Shown: positions 10,083-19,947, counted from the stretch's first letter. The stretch is DNA of 64,000 bases from Minisyncoccota bacterium (GCA_028718635.1 JAQULK010000001.1:152626-216625); one strand, 5' to 3'. Program-made: numbers and translations. The notes: generated by a model from the sequence alone, not told the origin.

Positions 10083-12329
10083 ATGTTGAAAAATCAACCT
10101 GCCCGCCCTCCTAAGTCAGGAGCAGGCGGGGGAAGTATCTTTAAATTACATAAACCTTTTGAGCCAGCGGGGGATCAGCCAGTGGCTATCAGAGCGCTTG
10201 TGCAAGGTCTGTCTAAGGGAATGAAAAAGCAAACATTACTAGGAGCCACCGGCACAGGCAAGACTTTTACTATGGCAAATGTCATAGCTCAATATAACAA
10301 ACCAACTTTGGTAATAGCTCACAACAAAACCCTTGCCGCCCAGTTGGCCCAAGAATTTCGTGAATTTTTTCCAGATTCCGCAGTGCATTATTTTGTTTCT
10401 TATTATGATTATTATCAACCAGAAGCCTACATGCCTGCATCGGATACTTATATTGAAAAAGATGCCTCTATCAATAAAGAAATAGACATACTTCGCCATG
10501 CTTCCACGCAAGCGCTTTTAACAAGACGAGATGTGATTATAGTTGCCTCGGTTTCTTGTATTTATGGTTTGGGTTCTCCGGAAGAATATGAAAAAGTTAA
10601 TTTAAAACTTGAAATTGGTATGACGATGGACAGATTGACCTTAATGAAGAAATTAATTCAAATTCATTTTGAACGTACCAATGCAGATCTTACTCCTGGA
10701 ACTTTTCGTTCCATCGGTTCGCGGGTGGAATTTATGCCAGTTTCGGAAAGTATAATGTACCAAGTTGAAATGCAGGGCGGGAGAATTTCCAAAATAACAA
10801 AAGTTGATCCAGTTTCTTCTATTATAATTTCTGAAGAAAAGAATATTTTTATTTTCCCAGCAAAACATTTTATTACTGAAGATGCAAAAAAGAAAAAAGC
10901 GCTTATAGAAATTAAAAAAGAGCTAGCACAACAGCTAAAAAAATTTGAAAAAGAAGGGAAACTTTTAGAGGCTGAACGTATAAAAAGAAGAACTAATTAT
11001 GATTTGGCGATGATAAAAGAAGCTGGTTATTGCAACGGCATAGAAAATTATTCTAGGCACTTATCAGGGAAAAAAGAAGGCGAACCGCCAGAAACATTGC
11101 TTTCCTATTTCCCTAAGACTGGTTTTCTTACGATTATTGATGAATCGCATGTCACAATTCCACAACTACAAGGAATGTACGCAGGAGATGCTTCAAGAAA
11201 AAACACTTTAGTAGAATATGGATTTAGACTACCCTCCGCAAAAGATAACAGACCTTTAAAATTCAATGAGTTTGAAAATAGAATATATAATTCTATTTAT
11301 ACTTCCGCTACACCTGCAAAATTTGAGAAATCAGAAAGTAATCAAATAGTGGAACAAATTATTCGTCCGACAGGGCTTGTGGACCCAGAGACAATAGTGC
11401 GACCAGTTTCCGAAGGCGCATTTCCTCCCCTCCTTAACAAGGAGGGGAATGAGGGGAGGTTCTTAATTAATTCACCTCACCCCAACCCTCTCCTTAGTAA
11501 GGAGAGGGGGAATAACTACCCTGGCCAGATTCAAGATTTTATTCAAGAAACAGAAAAAACAATTGCAAAAGGTTTCAGGGTTCTAGCGACGACGTTGACA
11601 AAAAAAATGGCAGAGGATCTTTCTGTTTATTTAAAGGACAAAAAGATCAAAGCAGAATATCTACACAGTGATGTAAAAACGATAGACAGGATAAAAATTT
11701 TAACCCAATTCCGCAAAGGCGAATTTGATGTTTTAGTTGGCGTAAATTTACTTCGTGAAGGGTTGGATTTGCCAGAAGTTGCTCTGATTGGAATTCTAGA
11801 TGCCGACAAGGCAGGTTTTTTACGATCTGAAACATCTTTAATTCAAACGATTGGCCGTGCGGCTCGCAATAGTGAGGGTAAGGTTATTCTTTATGCCGAC
11901 ATTATGACTCCCGCGATGGATTATGCCCTAAAAGAAACTGCTCGTCGCAGAAATATTCAGCTTGCTTACAACAAAAAACATGGCATTACCCCAAAAACAA
12001 TTATGAAAAAGATAAAGGATATCACCGAAGAAATGGAAAGCGAACATGGGAAAGTTGTAAACGCCGAGCTCCAGCTTGATTTGGAAGTTTTTAAGCGCGC
12101 TTATGCGAAAGAATTTAAAAAAGAAAAGAAACAAAATCGGAAAATACCGAACACCAGCTTGGGGCAGTCTTATTTGTCTGATGAAGAGATAGGCAATTTA
12201 ATCTATGAAAAAATAATAAAAATGAAAGAAAAAGAAATGAACAAGGCAGTCAAAGAGTTAGATTTCGAGACTGCGGCGATACTAAGAGACGAGATCGGAG
12301 TTTTGCGAATGCGTACAGAAAAAAAATAG
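10083..12329 (+). CDS. uvrB: Excinuclease ABC subunit B
   Basis: PAGDQP, GATGTGKT, YYDYYQPEAY, DESH, QTIGRAARN, C-terminal UVR motif. Confidence 0.98.
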   Translation: MLKNQPARPPKSGAGGGSIFKLHKPFEPAGDQPVAIRALVQGLSKGMKKQTLLGATGTGKTFTMANVIAQYNKPTLVIAHNKTLAAQLAQEFREFFPDSAVHYFVSYYDYYQPEAYMPASDTYIEKDASINKEIDILRHASTQALLTRRDVIIVASVSCIYGLGSPEEYEKVNLKLEIGMTMDRLTLMKKLIQIHFERTNADLTPGTFRSIGSRVEFMPVSESIMYQVEMQGGRISKITKVDPVSSIIISEEKNIFIFPAKHFITEDAKKKKALIEIKKELAQQLKKFEKEGKLLEAERIKRRTNYDLAMIKEAGYCNGIENYSRHLSGKKEGEPPETLLSYFPKTGFLTIIDESHVTIPQLQGMYAGDASRKNTLVEYGFRLPSAKDNRPLKFNEFENRIYNSIYTSATPAKFEKSESNQIVEQIIRPTGLVDPETIVRPVSEGAFPPLLNKEGNEGRFLINSPHPNPLLSKERGNNYPGQIQDFIQETEKTIAKGFRVLATTLTKKMAEDLSVYLKDKKIKAEYLHSDVKTIDRIKILTQFRKGEFDVLVGVNLLREGLDLPEVALIGILDADKAGFLRSETSLIQTIGRAARNSEGKVILYADIMTPAMDYALKETARRRNIQLAYNKKHGITPKTIMKKIKDITEEMESEHGKVVNAELQLDLEVFKRAYAKEFKKEKKQNRKIPNTSLGQSYLSDEEIGNLIYEKIIKMKEKEMNKAVKELDFETAAILRDEIGVLRMRTEKK
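10098..10130. repeat. GC-rich hairpin element in the uvrB N-terminus (PARPPKSGAGG)
   Basis: cctg-cccgcc-ctcct-aagtc-aggag-ca-ggcggg. Confidence 0.7.
11426..11510. repeat. CCCTC(T)CCTT..AAGG(A)GAGGG REP-like doublet in frame in uvrB
   Basis: Two hairpins in inverted arrangement; peptide PLLNKEGNEGRFLINSPHPNPLLSKERG; second half nearly identical to 63377-63414. Confidence 0.85.
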
Positions 12330-12436
12330 ACTTTTTAGTTTTTTGTTGTATACTGTTTCTAATTTAATATTAAAAGAAAGTCATTGACACCCCCTATGAG
12401 TAACGGCGGGTGTATTGGATATTTTATACAAAAAAA

Positions 12437-15148
12437 ATGAAAAATGACCCCGAAGGAAAGAGTACTTCCTACGGGGCAGGAAAAAATATGAAAAAAGATT
12501 TTCAAGACAAAATAATAGTAAAAGGCGCACGAACCCATAATTTAAAGAATATAAATGTGGAAATGCCTCGTAATAAAATGATAGCCATTACTGGTGTTTC
12601 TGGTTCTGGAAAATCATCTTTGGCTTTTGATACCATTTTTGCCGAAGGACAACGCCGATACGTGGAGTCTCTTTCTTCTTATGCGCGACAATTTTTAAAC
12701 CAAATGCCTAAACCTGATGTGGATGAGATCACGGGTCTTTCTCCTGCAATATCTATTGATCAAAAATCTCGTTCAAATAATCCGCGCTCGACTGTGGCGA
12801 CGATTACAGAGATCTATGATTACTTGCGAGTGATGTATGCGCGCATTGGGCATCCACATTGTCCTTTGTGTGGCGAAGAAATTAAAAAACTTTCCAATGA
12901 AGAAATTTTAAATTTTGTTTTGGAAAAGTTGAAAACACCCTCCTTGATTAAGGAGGGTGTAGGGGGTGGTAATTCCAAGAAATCACCACCTCGCCCTTCG
13001 GGCACTCCTCCTCAAAAAGGAGGAGATAAAATTCGTAAGGTTATGGGAGTCGAATGGGATGAAACAGAAATCAGTATTTTTTCACCAGTAATCAGGGGAA
13101 GAAAAGGGGAATATTATCAACTGCTTTATGATTTGCTTGGAAAAGGTTTTGCCGAAATTCGTCTTGATGGGATGATGAAAAAACTTCGCGAGCAAATAAC
13201 TCTTTCTAAAAACAAAGCACACAATATTGATATTCTAGTGGATCATTTTGCTCTACATGAGTTTACGGATGATAAGGACGGTAGTAGAATGCGTCTTTCT
13301 GAGGCTCTAGAACGTGCGCTTCTCGAGTCTGATGGTTTAGTAACTATAAAAATCGGCGATGAGGAATTTATTATGTCTGCAAAATTCGCTTGTAAGAATG
13401 ACGGTTTTTCTTTTCCAGAAGTGGAGCCGAGATTATTTTCTTTCAATTCTCCTTATGGTGCCTGTCCAGCTTGTAATGGCCTTGGTTCAAAATATTTTAT
13501 GGGAGATGAACCTTGTGAAACTTGCCATGGCGCGCGTTTACGCTCTGAAGCCTTAAATGTTTTTTTAGAGGCTTCCAAGAAGAAGGTAAACATATTAGAT
13601 CTTGCTTCTCTTTCTATAAAAGACGCATATACTTTTTTCAAAAACTTAAAACTCTCAGAACAAGAGAAGGAAATATCGGTGCCAGTCGTTCGGGAGATAG
13701 AAGCCAGACTTCAATTTATGCTGGACGTAGGTTTGGATTATTTGCAGTTGTCTCGCAAGGCGAACACTCTCTCTGGCGGAGAAGCGCAGCGTATCCGCTT
13801 GGCTTCTCAGCTTGGTTCGAGGCTCGTCGGCGCGCTTTATGTGCTCGATGAACCCACGATCGGACTTCACCAGCGAGACAACGATCGTTTGATAAAAACA
13901 CTTCAAAATTTACGTGATTTAGGCAATACAATTTTAATTGTAGAACATGATGAGGATACTATATATGCTTCGGATTATATCGTAGATATAGGACCGAAGG
14001 CCGGGGTGCACGGCGGGGAAGTGGTTGTTTCCGGTTATTTAGAAGATCTATTAACTGCAAAAAAGAACACAAATAATTCTCGAACACTTAGTTATTTGCG
14101 CGGAGAAACAAAAATAGAAATTCCTAAAAAACGGCGCCATCCTAAAGGCGCGCTTCGAATTGCCGGAGGAAATATTTTTAATATTAACAACCTTAATGTA
14201 GAAGTGCCTCTCGGAGTAATGACATCTATCACTGGTGTTTCTGGTTCCGGAAAAAGTTCTTTTATGTATGAGATTCTTTATAAAAATCTTCAAGCCCGCT
14301 TTGAGCGAAAGTATCGCACAGCCAAGATTTTTAATTGTTCCTCATTTTCTGGGACTGAATATCTATCCAGAGTTATTTTGATTGATCAATCGCCCATAGG
14401 CAGGACTCCGCGTTCAAATATTGTTACTTATACAGGAGCCTTCACGCATATCCGAGATCTTTTTGCTTCGACCGAAGAAGCGCGCTTGCGAGGATGGAAA
14501 GCAAATCGTTTTTCTTTCAATGTGAAAGGTGGTCGTTGTGAGGCCTGCGAAGGCAATGGTGAGATAGCTGTCGAAATGCATTTTTTGCCGACGGTTTATG
14601 TCACTTGCGATGTATGTGATGGAAAACGTTTTGATAAAGAGACGCTTACTGTAAAATACAAGAAAAAAAATATTTACGAAGTCCTGCATATGACTGTAGA
14701 AAATGGCCTTACTTTTTTCAAAGATATTCCGGCGATTTCCGATAGACTGCAGACCCTCTTTGATGTAGGGCTTGGTTACTTGGAACTCGGCCAATCAGCT
14801 ACAACGCTCTCTGGCGGGGAAGCGCAACGAGTAAAAATAAGTAGCGAGCTTTATCGTCCGCATTTGGAAAAAACTATTTATCTTTTAGATGAACCGACTG
14901 TGGGGCTTCATTATGATGACGTGCAGAAACTTTTGGAGGTTTTAAATAAATTGGTATCTCATGGCAATACGGTTGTCCTAATTGAACACAACCTTGATAT
15001 TGTGAAAAGTTCAGATTACATTATAGATATTGGTCCAGAAGGAGGAGTAGACGGAGGTAAAATTGTTGCCAAAGGCACGCCGGAAGAAGTGGCTGGAAAC
15101 AGCAAATCACACACTGGCAAATACTTAAGAAGAGTTTTGAGAAAATAA
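12437..15148 (+). CDS. uvrA: Excinuclease ABC subunit A (start at 12437 or 12488)
   Basis: Two GVSGSGKSS Walker A motifs, two LSGGEAQR, zinc fingers. Confidence 0.98.
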   Translation: MKNDPEGKSTSYGAGKNMKKDFQDKIIVKGARTHNLKNINVEMPRNKMIAITGVSGSGKSSLAFDTIFAEGQRRYVESLSSYARQFLNQMPKPDVDEITGLSPAISIDQKSRSNNPRSTVATITEIYDYLRVMYARIGHPHCPLCGEEIKKLSNEEILNFVLEKLKTPSLIKEGVGGGNSKKSPPRPSGTPPQKGGDKIRKVMGVEWDETEISIFSPVIRGRKGEYYQLLYDLLGKGFAEIRLDGMMKKLREQITLSKNKAHNIDILVDHFALHEFTDDKDGSRMRLSEALERALLESDGLVTIKIGDEEFIMSAKFACKNDGFSFPEVEPRLFSFNSPYGACPACNGLGSKYFMGDEPCETCHGARLRSEALNVFLEASKKKVNILDLASLSIKDAYTFFKNLKLSEQEKEISVPVVREIEARLQFMLDVGLDYLQLSRKANTLSGGEAQRIRLASQLGSRLVGALYVLDEPTIGLHQRDNDRLIKTLQNLRDLGNTILIVEHDEDTIYASDYIVDIGPKAGVHGGEVVVSGYLEDLLTAKKNTNNSRTLSYLRGETKIEIPKKRRHPKGALRIAGGNIFNINNLNVEVPLGVMTSITGVSGSGKSSFMYEILYKNLQARFERKYRTAKIFNCSSFSGTEYLSRVILIDQSPIGRTPRSNIVTYTGAFTHIRDLFASTEEARLRGWKANRFSFNVKGGRCEACEGNGEIAVEMHFLPTVYVTCDVCDGKRFDKETLTVKYKKKNIYEVLHMTVENGLTFFKDIPAISDRLQTLFDVGLGYLELGQSATTLSGGEAQRVKISSELYRPHLEKTIYLLDEPTVGLHYDDVQKLLEVLNKLVSHGNTVVLIEHNLDIVKSSDYIIDIGPEGGVDGGKIVAKGTPEEVAGNSKSHTGKYLRRVLRK
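12446..12480 (+). repeat. 35-bp palindromic element at the uvrA 5' end ([12 protein letters not shown])
   Basis: 34/35 identical to the reverse complement of 19492-19526 in mutM. Confidence 0.9.
12935..13026. repeat. CCCTCCTT..AAGGAGGG REP-like doublet in frame in uvrA
   Basis: acaccctcctt-gatt-aaggagggtgt ... ctcctcct-caaaa-aggaggag; peptide [31 protein letters not shown]. Confidence 0.85.
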
Positions 15149-15156
15149 AATTACAT

Positions 15157-15226
15157 TTGTCCCGTACTAAATTTTTGATTACGGGGTATAAAGATAAGCA
15201 TTAATAATTAAAATTTTAGTACTGGG
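15157..15226 (+). mobile_element. TCCCGT...GGG-ATG element abutting the uvrC start codon
   Basis: tcccgtactaaa ... tttagtactggg|ATG; right half nearly identical to the nusG copy. Confidence 0.8.
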
Positions 15227-16519
15227 ATGACGAATGAAACTCTAAAAAAATTAAAACTGCCAGATAAGCCCGGTGTATATTTTTTCTTAAAAAATAAGAA
15301 AATTTTATACATCGGAAAAGCGACCTCTCTTCGAGACCGCACCAAAAGCTATTTCAGCAAGGACTTGATAAATACCCGAGGTCCGCTTGTTTTAGATATG
15401 GTTTTTAAATCGGACAATATAAAATGGGAAGCCACCGATTCTGTTTTAGAAGCTCTTATTTTAGAAGCTAATTTAATAAAAAAATATCAGCCTTATTACA
15501 ATACAAGAGAAAAAGATGATAAGAGTTTCAATTATGTCTGCATCACAAGGGAGAAATTGCCAAGAGTATTAGTAGTTAGAGGCCGAGTTTTAAAAAATTA
15601 TAAAGGAAGTATCTTTGGCCCGTATACTAGCGGTACCCAATTGCATGAGGCGTTAAAAATCTTACGCAGAATTTTTCCTTTTATTGATGACAAATCGAGT
15701 AAAAAACAAAACTATGAATTTTATAAACAGCTTGGACTGACTCCAGACGCATCATCTCCGAGTGAAATTTATTTGGATAATATAAAATATTTGAAACTTT
15801 TCTTTAAAGGCAAAAAGAAAGATATCATCCGAGATTTGAAAAAAAAGATGATGCAAAAAGCCAAAGAGGGAGAATTTGAAAAGGCCGGAGAAGTTAAAAG
15901 GCAAATTTTTGCGCTGAAACACATCAATGATATTGCGCTTATAAAAAATAGCTTCGCAGATAATAAAATTTTTGGTCCTGCGCCCTCCTTTGGGCGCATT
16001 TCTGGGAGCAAAGCGGGACCCTCGGACACAAAAATTTTATTATCTGCTTTGCTATTTCGCATTGAGGCTTATGACATAGCGCACATGGGAGGCAAAAATA
16101 TGGTTGGGGTGATGACAGTTTTGGAAAACGACGAAGCAGTAAAGAGTGAGTACAGAAAATTCAAAATTAAGACTCAGAATAATGTAAATGATACCGGCGC
16201 ACTCGCGGAAGTTTTAGAAAGAAGGTTGATGCATAAAGAATGGGCATTTCCAGATTTAATTGTGGTGGATGGCGGTATGGCGCAAATTAATGCCGCCAAA
16301 AGTGTTTTAAAAAAAATGGGTTTAAACATACCCGTAGTTTCTGTTGTTAAAGATGAACACCATAAACCGAAAGCCATAATGGGGGACAATCCACGCCACG
16401 GCAGGGCAAGAGATTTTGGATTAAAATATAAAAGAGAAATTCTACTAGCGAACAGCGAAGCACACCGATTTGCCATCAGTTATCATAAAAATATGAGGAA
16501 TAAGAATTTCTTGATTTAG
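15227..16519 (+). CDS. uvrC: Excinuclease ABC subunit C (short form)
   Basis: GIY-YIG (PGVY...YIGKA), UVR motif, RIEAYDI, PDLIVVDGG, EAHRFAI. Confidence 0.93.
   Translation: MTNETLKKLKLPDKPGVYFFLKNKKILYIGKATSLRDRTKSYFSKDLINTRGPLVLDMVFKSDNIKWEATDSVLEALILEANLIKKYQPYYNTREKDDKSFNYVCITREKLPRVLVVRGRVLKNYKGSIFGPYTSGTQLHEALKILRRIFPFIDDKSSKKQNYEFYKQLGLTPDASSPSEIYLDNIKYLKLFFKGKKKDIIRDLKKKMMQKAKEGEFEKAGEVKRQIFALKHINDIALIKNSFADNKIFGPAPSFGRISGSKAGPSDTKILLSALLFRIEAYDIAHMGGKNMVGVMTVLENDEAVKSEYRKFKIKTQNNVNDTGALAEVLERRLMHKEWAFPDLIVVDGGMAQINAAKSVLKKMGLNIPVVSVVKDEHHKPKAIMGDNPRHGRARDFGLKYKREILLANSEAHRFAISYHKNMRNKNFLI
15946..16057. mobile_element. About 112-bp armed palindromic element in frame in uvrC
   Basis: 19-bp perfect IR gcagataataaaatttttg/caaaaattttattatctgc; core cctgcgccct..gggaccctcgg shared with 51473-51547. 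Confidence 0.85.
16388..16410 (+). repeat. Short element in frame in uvrC (NPRHGRA)
   Basis: aatccacgccacggcagggcaag resembles the reverse complement of 19600-19622 in mutM (NPRHGGT). Confidence 0.75.
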
Positions 16520-16544
16520 CGCGTAAAAAGCATAATATGTAAAT

Positions 16545-18293
16545 ATGAATTCCGAAACGCGGGTCTGCCAAAATTGCAAAAAAGATTTCACGATAGAACC
16601 AGAAGATTTTTCTTTTTATGAGAAACTAAAAGTGCCAGCGCCCACTTGGTGTCCGGACTGCAGATTTGTACGCAAACTCACTTTTATTAATGAACGATCT
16701 TTATATAAAGAAACTTGCGGTAATTGCAAAAAATCAATAATTTCAATGTATAGTCCAGAGAGCGGTATTTCTTCTTGGTGTATCAAATGCCACTTGAGCG
16801 ATGTCTGGGATGCGCGCGATTATGGCAGGGAATATGATTTTTCGAAGACATTTTTTGAGCAGTTTAAAGAATTAAAATACAATATTCCTCACAGAGCGCT
16901 TGATCAAAATGAACGCAACGGAGAAGGCTGTGAATATTCAAATTTATGCTTTGCGAACAAAGATGTCTATTTATCTTTTAATATTGTGGGTTCTGAGCAT
17001 ATAAAATATTCTAATAATGTTTTAAAACGAAATAAAAATTGTTTGGATTCTATGATTATTAAAGCCAACGATAGAGGATACGAGCTGGTACAAGCCAGCA
17101 ACAATTACAACTCGACTTTTTTAATAGAAAGTGATCAGTGTGTGGATTCACATTTCCTTTATGATTGTTCAAATTGCGTAAAATGTTGTTTATCATGTAA
17201 TCTTCGCAATAAAAGTAATGTTTTTAAAAATCAACAATTATCTAAAGAGAAATATGAAGAAGCAGTTACAAATTTGAAATTAGAAACATATTCAGGACAA
17301 ATAAAGGCTAAGGATATTTTTAGGGATTTAGCAAAAAATGCTATTCATAAACATGCGCACATTAAAAATTCAGTAAATGTAGTTGGGGATTTTGTGGAAA
17401 ATTCAAAAAATGTTTATCACTGCTATTGTGTGGCTGATGCGGAAAATGTTAAATATGTTTTTTTTAGTGCCAATGCTATGAAAGATAGCCAAGATGTTGT
17501 GTCATGTGGAAAGATTGAAGAATGTTATGAATTTACTTTAGGAGGAAGAGGTTCCAATCGAGTAGTTTTATGTCTTAGTTGTGGAGGAGGGAATAATAAT
17601 TTGTTTTATTGTGATAATGTTAGAAGTAGTTCTAATTGCTTTGGTTGTGTGAATTTAATTAAGAAACAATATTGTATATTTAATAAGCAATATTCAAAAG
17701 AAGAATATTTCGAATTGTTGTCGAAAATTATGAAACATATGAATGAGATGCCGTATGTGGATGCGCTTGGAAGGGAATATGTTTTTGGTGAATTTTTTCC
17801 TACAGAGATTTCTCCTTTTGCTTATAATGAAACTCGAGCATTTGAAGAATGTCCACTTTCAAAAGAAGAAGTGCTTGCTTTTGGTTATAAATGGAAGGAA
17901 ATAGAAGCCAAAGCCTATGTTCCAACAATAAAAGGAGATGCTATTCCTGATAGCATTAAAGATGTTGAGGATACAATTTGCGACGAAGTTATCGAGTGTC
18001 CCAATAAAGGTAAAGTAGAGACGCGATGCACTTCAGCCTATAAAATATTACCGGATGAGCTTTCTTTTTATCGACAAATGAATCTGCCGATACCTAGATA
18101 TTGTCCGAATTGTAGATACCACCAGCGTTTAGCTTGGAAAAATCCTTTTCATTTTTATAAACGAGAGTGTATGTGTGAATTGCAGAATCATCAACACAAA
18201 GGAAAGTGTCTAAATAAATTTGAAACTATGTATGCTTCTGATCGACCAGAGATAATTTATTGCAAAGAATGTTATCAGGCAGAAATATATTAG
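16545..18293 (+). CDS. Cys-rich CPR-type protein of unknown function, paralog 1
   Basis: Terminal CxxC ribbons (CQNC, WCPDCR, CPNCR, YCKECY) and central Cys/Asn/Ser repeats; paralog of 51882-53585. Confidence 0.8.
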   Translation: MNSETRVCQNCKKDFTIEPEDFSFYEKLKVPAPTWCPDCRFVRKLTFINERSLYKETCGNCKKSIISMYSPESGISSWCIKCHLSDVWDARDYGREYDFSKTFFEQFKELKYNIPHRALDQNERNGEGCEYSNLCFANKDVYLSFNIVGSEHIKYSNNVLKRNKNCLDSMIIKANDRGYELVQASNNYNSTFLIESDQCVDSHFLYDCSNCVKCCLSCNLRNKSNVFKNQQLSKEKYEEAVTNLKLETYSGQIKAKDIFRDLAKNAIHKHAHIKNSVNVVGDFVENSKNVYHCYCVADAENVKYVFFSANAMKDSQDVVSCGKIEECYEFTLGGRGSNRVVLCLSCGGGNNNLFYCDNVRSSSNCFGCVNLIKKQYCIFNKQYSKEEYFELLSKIMKHMNEMPYVDALGREYVFGEFFPTEISPFAYNETRAFEECPLSKEEVLAFGYKWKEIEAKAYVPTIKGDAIPDSIKDVEDTICDEVIECPNKGKVETRCTSAYKILPDELSFYRQMNLPIPRYCPNCRYHQRLAWKNPFHFYKRECMCELQNHQHKGKCLNKFETMYASDRPEIIYCKECYQAEIY

Positions 18294-18332
18294 GTGTTAT
18301 CAAACTTGACGACCGTCATAAACTGATAATAT

Positions 18333-18818
18333 ATGAAAAAGGAAAATCAACAAGAAAATATTTTAATATTACACAATATCCGAAGCGTGGAAAACGTCGG
18401 GGCGATGTTTCGCACGGCTGATGCGGCGGGAATAAACAAAATTTATTTGTCGGGCTACACCCCAACTCCGCTTGATCGTTTTGGCAGAAAGAGAAGGGAT
18501 TTAGCTAAGTCTGCGCTCGGAGCGGAAGAATATATAACTTGGGAATATAAAAAAAGCTTGCCCGCCATTTTGCGAAGCTTAAGGCGGGAGAAATATTTAA
18601 TTATTGGAATAGAGCAGGATAAAAAATCGGTTGATTATAAAAAGGTAAAATTACATAATAAAAATGTTTTTATCGTAGGAACGGAAGTGACAGGCATACC
18701 TAAAAGTATTTTAAAAAAATGTGATGTAATTGCTGAAATTCCAATGCGAGGCAAAAAAGAATCGTTAAATGTTTCCGTGGCACTAGGAATAGCGCTCTTC
18801 GGGATTCTAAAATTATAG
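18333..18818 (+). CDS. SpoU/TrmH-family RNA methyltransferase
   Basis: NVGAMFRTADA, GTEVTG, EIPMRGKKESLNVSVA. Confidence 0.9.
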   Translation: MKKENQQENILILHNIRSVENVGAMFRTADAAGINKIYLSGYTPTPLDRFGRKRRDLAKSALGAEEYITWEYKKSLPAILRSLRREKYLIIGIEQDKKSVDYKKVKLHNKNVFIVGTEVTGIPKSILKKCDVIAEIPMRGKKESLNVSVALGIALFGILKL

Positions 18819-18930
18819 AATCAAAATTTTTGCCGGTACGGATTTTTTGAAGCTTAAAAAATCCTGAAGTTGGCTCGCCGTCGCTCGCCAAACCCCTTAA
18901 AAACTTTATTCTCTAATTTTAGAATCCAGA
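18798..18930 (+). mobile_element. Armed element, core type A; left arm overlaps the trmH-family 3' end
   Basis: About 30-bp IR; 38-bp core identical to 41189-41226. Confidence 0.85.
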
Positions 18931-19046
18931 AATAAAATAAATATAAAATTTAGAAAGCCTTGCGCAGGCTGACGAGCCGAGCAGTTCGCTGGCGCACCAG
19001 CGCCAGATAGATTGCTTTATAAGTTTTGATATTTATTTTATTTCTG
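18927..19046 (-). mobile_element. Armed element, core type B; one arm is the mutM 3' end
   Basis: IR 18927-18958 / 19014-19046 (30/33); core aaagcaatctatctggc..gccagcgaactgctcg..cctgcgcaaggcttt shared with 20856-20996. Confidence 0.85.
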
Positions 19047-19943
19047 ATGCACGGAGCAAAAATGCGCGCTGCGGCCGTTTATTATTTTTCTAATTATTGT
19101 GCCTTTACAACCTTTTTTTCTGCATTTTTCTCCTGTGCGTCTATAAGCTTCATGATGCAGTTGGAATTTTCCGGGCAGGCCATAAATATTTTTGTAATCT
19201 GACATTGAGTCTCCGCCGAAATCTATGCCTTTCGCGAGTGTTTCTTTGATGGCTTTGAATATCAATTTAATTTCTGGCTTTTTGAGCGTGGAAACTTTTC
19301 TCTCCGGATGCACTCCGGCGCGCCAAAGTATTTCATCTGAATAAATATTACCAATGCCGGCAATAATTCTTTGATCCATCAAGACTGTCTTAATTTTCCC
19401 ATTTTGTTTTTTAAAAATTTGTAATTCGAAATTCGTAATTGTAAATTGTTTCTCTAACGGTTCCGGTCCGATATTATTCAGATGTTTACTACCTGCCCCG
19501 TAGGAAGTAATCTTTCCTTCGGGGTCGTGGGCAACGTTAGTATCTAATAAAGTAATTTTTCCGAATTTACGCATATCTGAAAAAATTAAATAATGTTTGC
19601 TTGTCCCGCCATGGCGTGGGTTAGATAAAGTGAAAACCACATGCGCAAATTTAATTTTTGGATCTTTGCCGTAAAATAAATAACCGGTCATCTTCATATG
19701 AACCAAGATGGTTTTACCTTCGGACAAGTTTATCAGGATATTTTTTGCACGTCTTTCGGCTGATATAATTTTCTTATTTAAAACTTCCTTTTTAAAATTT
19801 CTGAAAAATTTTGGATTTGCCACGCTGTCTCTTTTGCGCTTGTCTTTCGTCGCCAAATCAGTCCAAACGTCCTTTATTACAAGGCCTAGGACAGTCTTTT
19901 TGAGACCTCTTGTAGTTGTTTCTACTTCTGGTAATTCAGGCAT
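19038..19943 (-). CDS. mutM: Formamidopyrimidine-DNA glycosylase
   Basis: MPELPEVE, RRAK, HMKMTG, GPEPL, AGIGNIYSDEILW, C-terminal zinc finger. Confidence 0.96.
   Translation of the reverse strand: MPELPEVETTTRGLKKTVLGLVIKDVWTDLATKDKRKRDSVANPKFFRNFKKEVLNKKIISAERRAKNILINLSEGKTILVHMKMTGYLFYGKDPKIKFAHVVFTLSNPRHGGTSKHYLIFSDMRKFGKITLLDTNVAHDPEGKITSYGAGSKHLNNIGPEPLEKQFTITNFELQIFKKQNGKIKTVLMDQRIIAGIGNIYSDEILWRAGVHPERKVSTLKKPEIKLIFKAIKETLAKGIDFGGDSMSDYKNIYGLPGKFQLHHEAYRRTGEKCRKKGCKGTIIRKIINGRSAHFCSVHQK
19492..19526 (-). repeat. 35-bp palindromic element in frame in mutM (DPEGKITSYGAG)
   Basis: 34/35 identical to 12446-12480. Confidence 0.9.
19600..19622 (-). repeat. Short element in frame in mutM (NPRHGGT)
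   Basis: cttgtcccgccatggcgtgggtt; related to 16388-16410. Confidence 0.75.
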
Positions 19944-19947
19944 GGTT

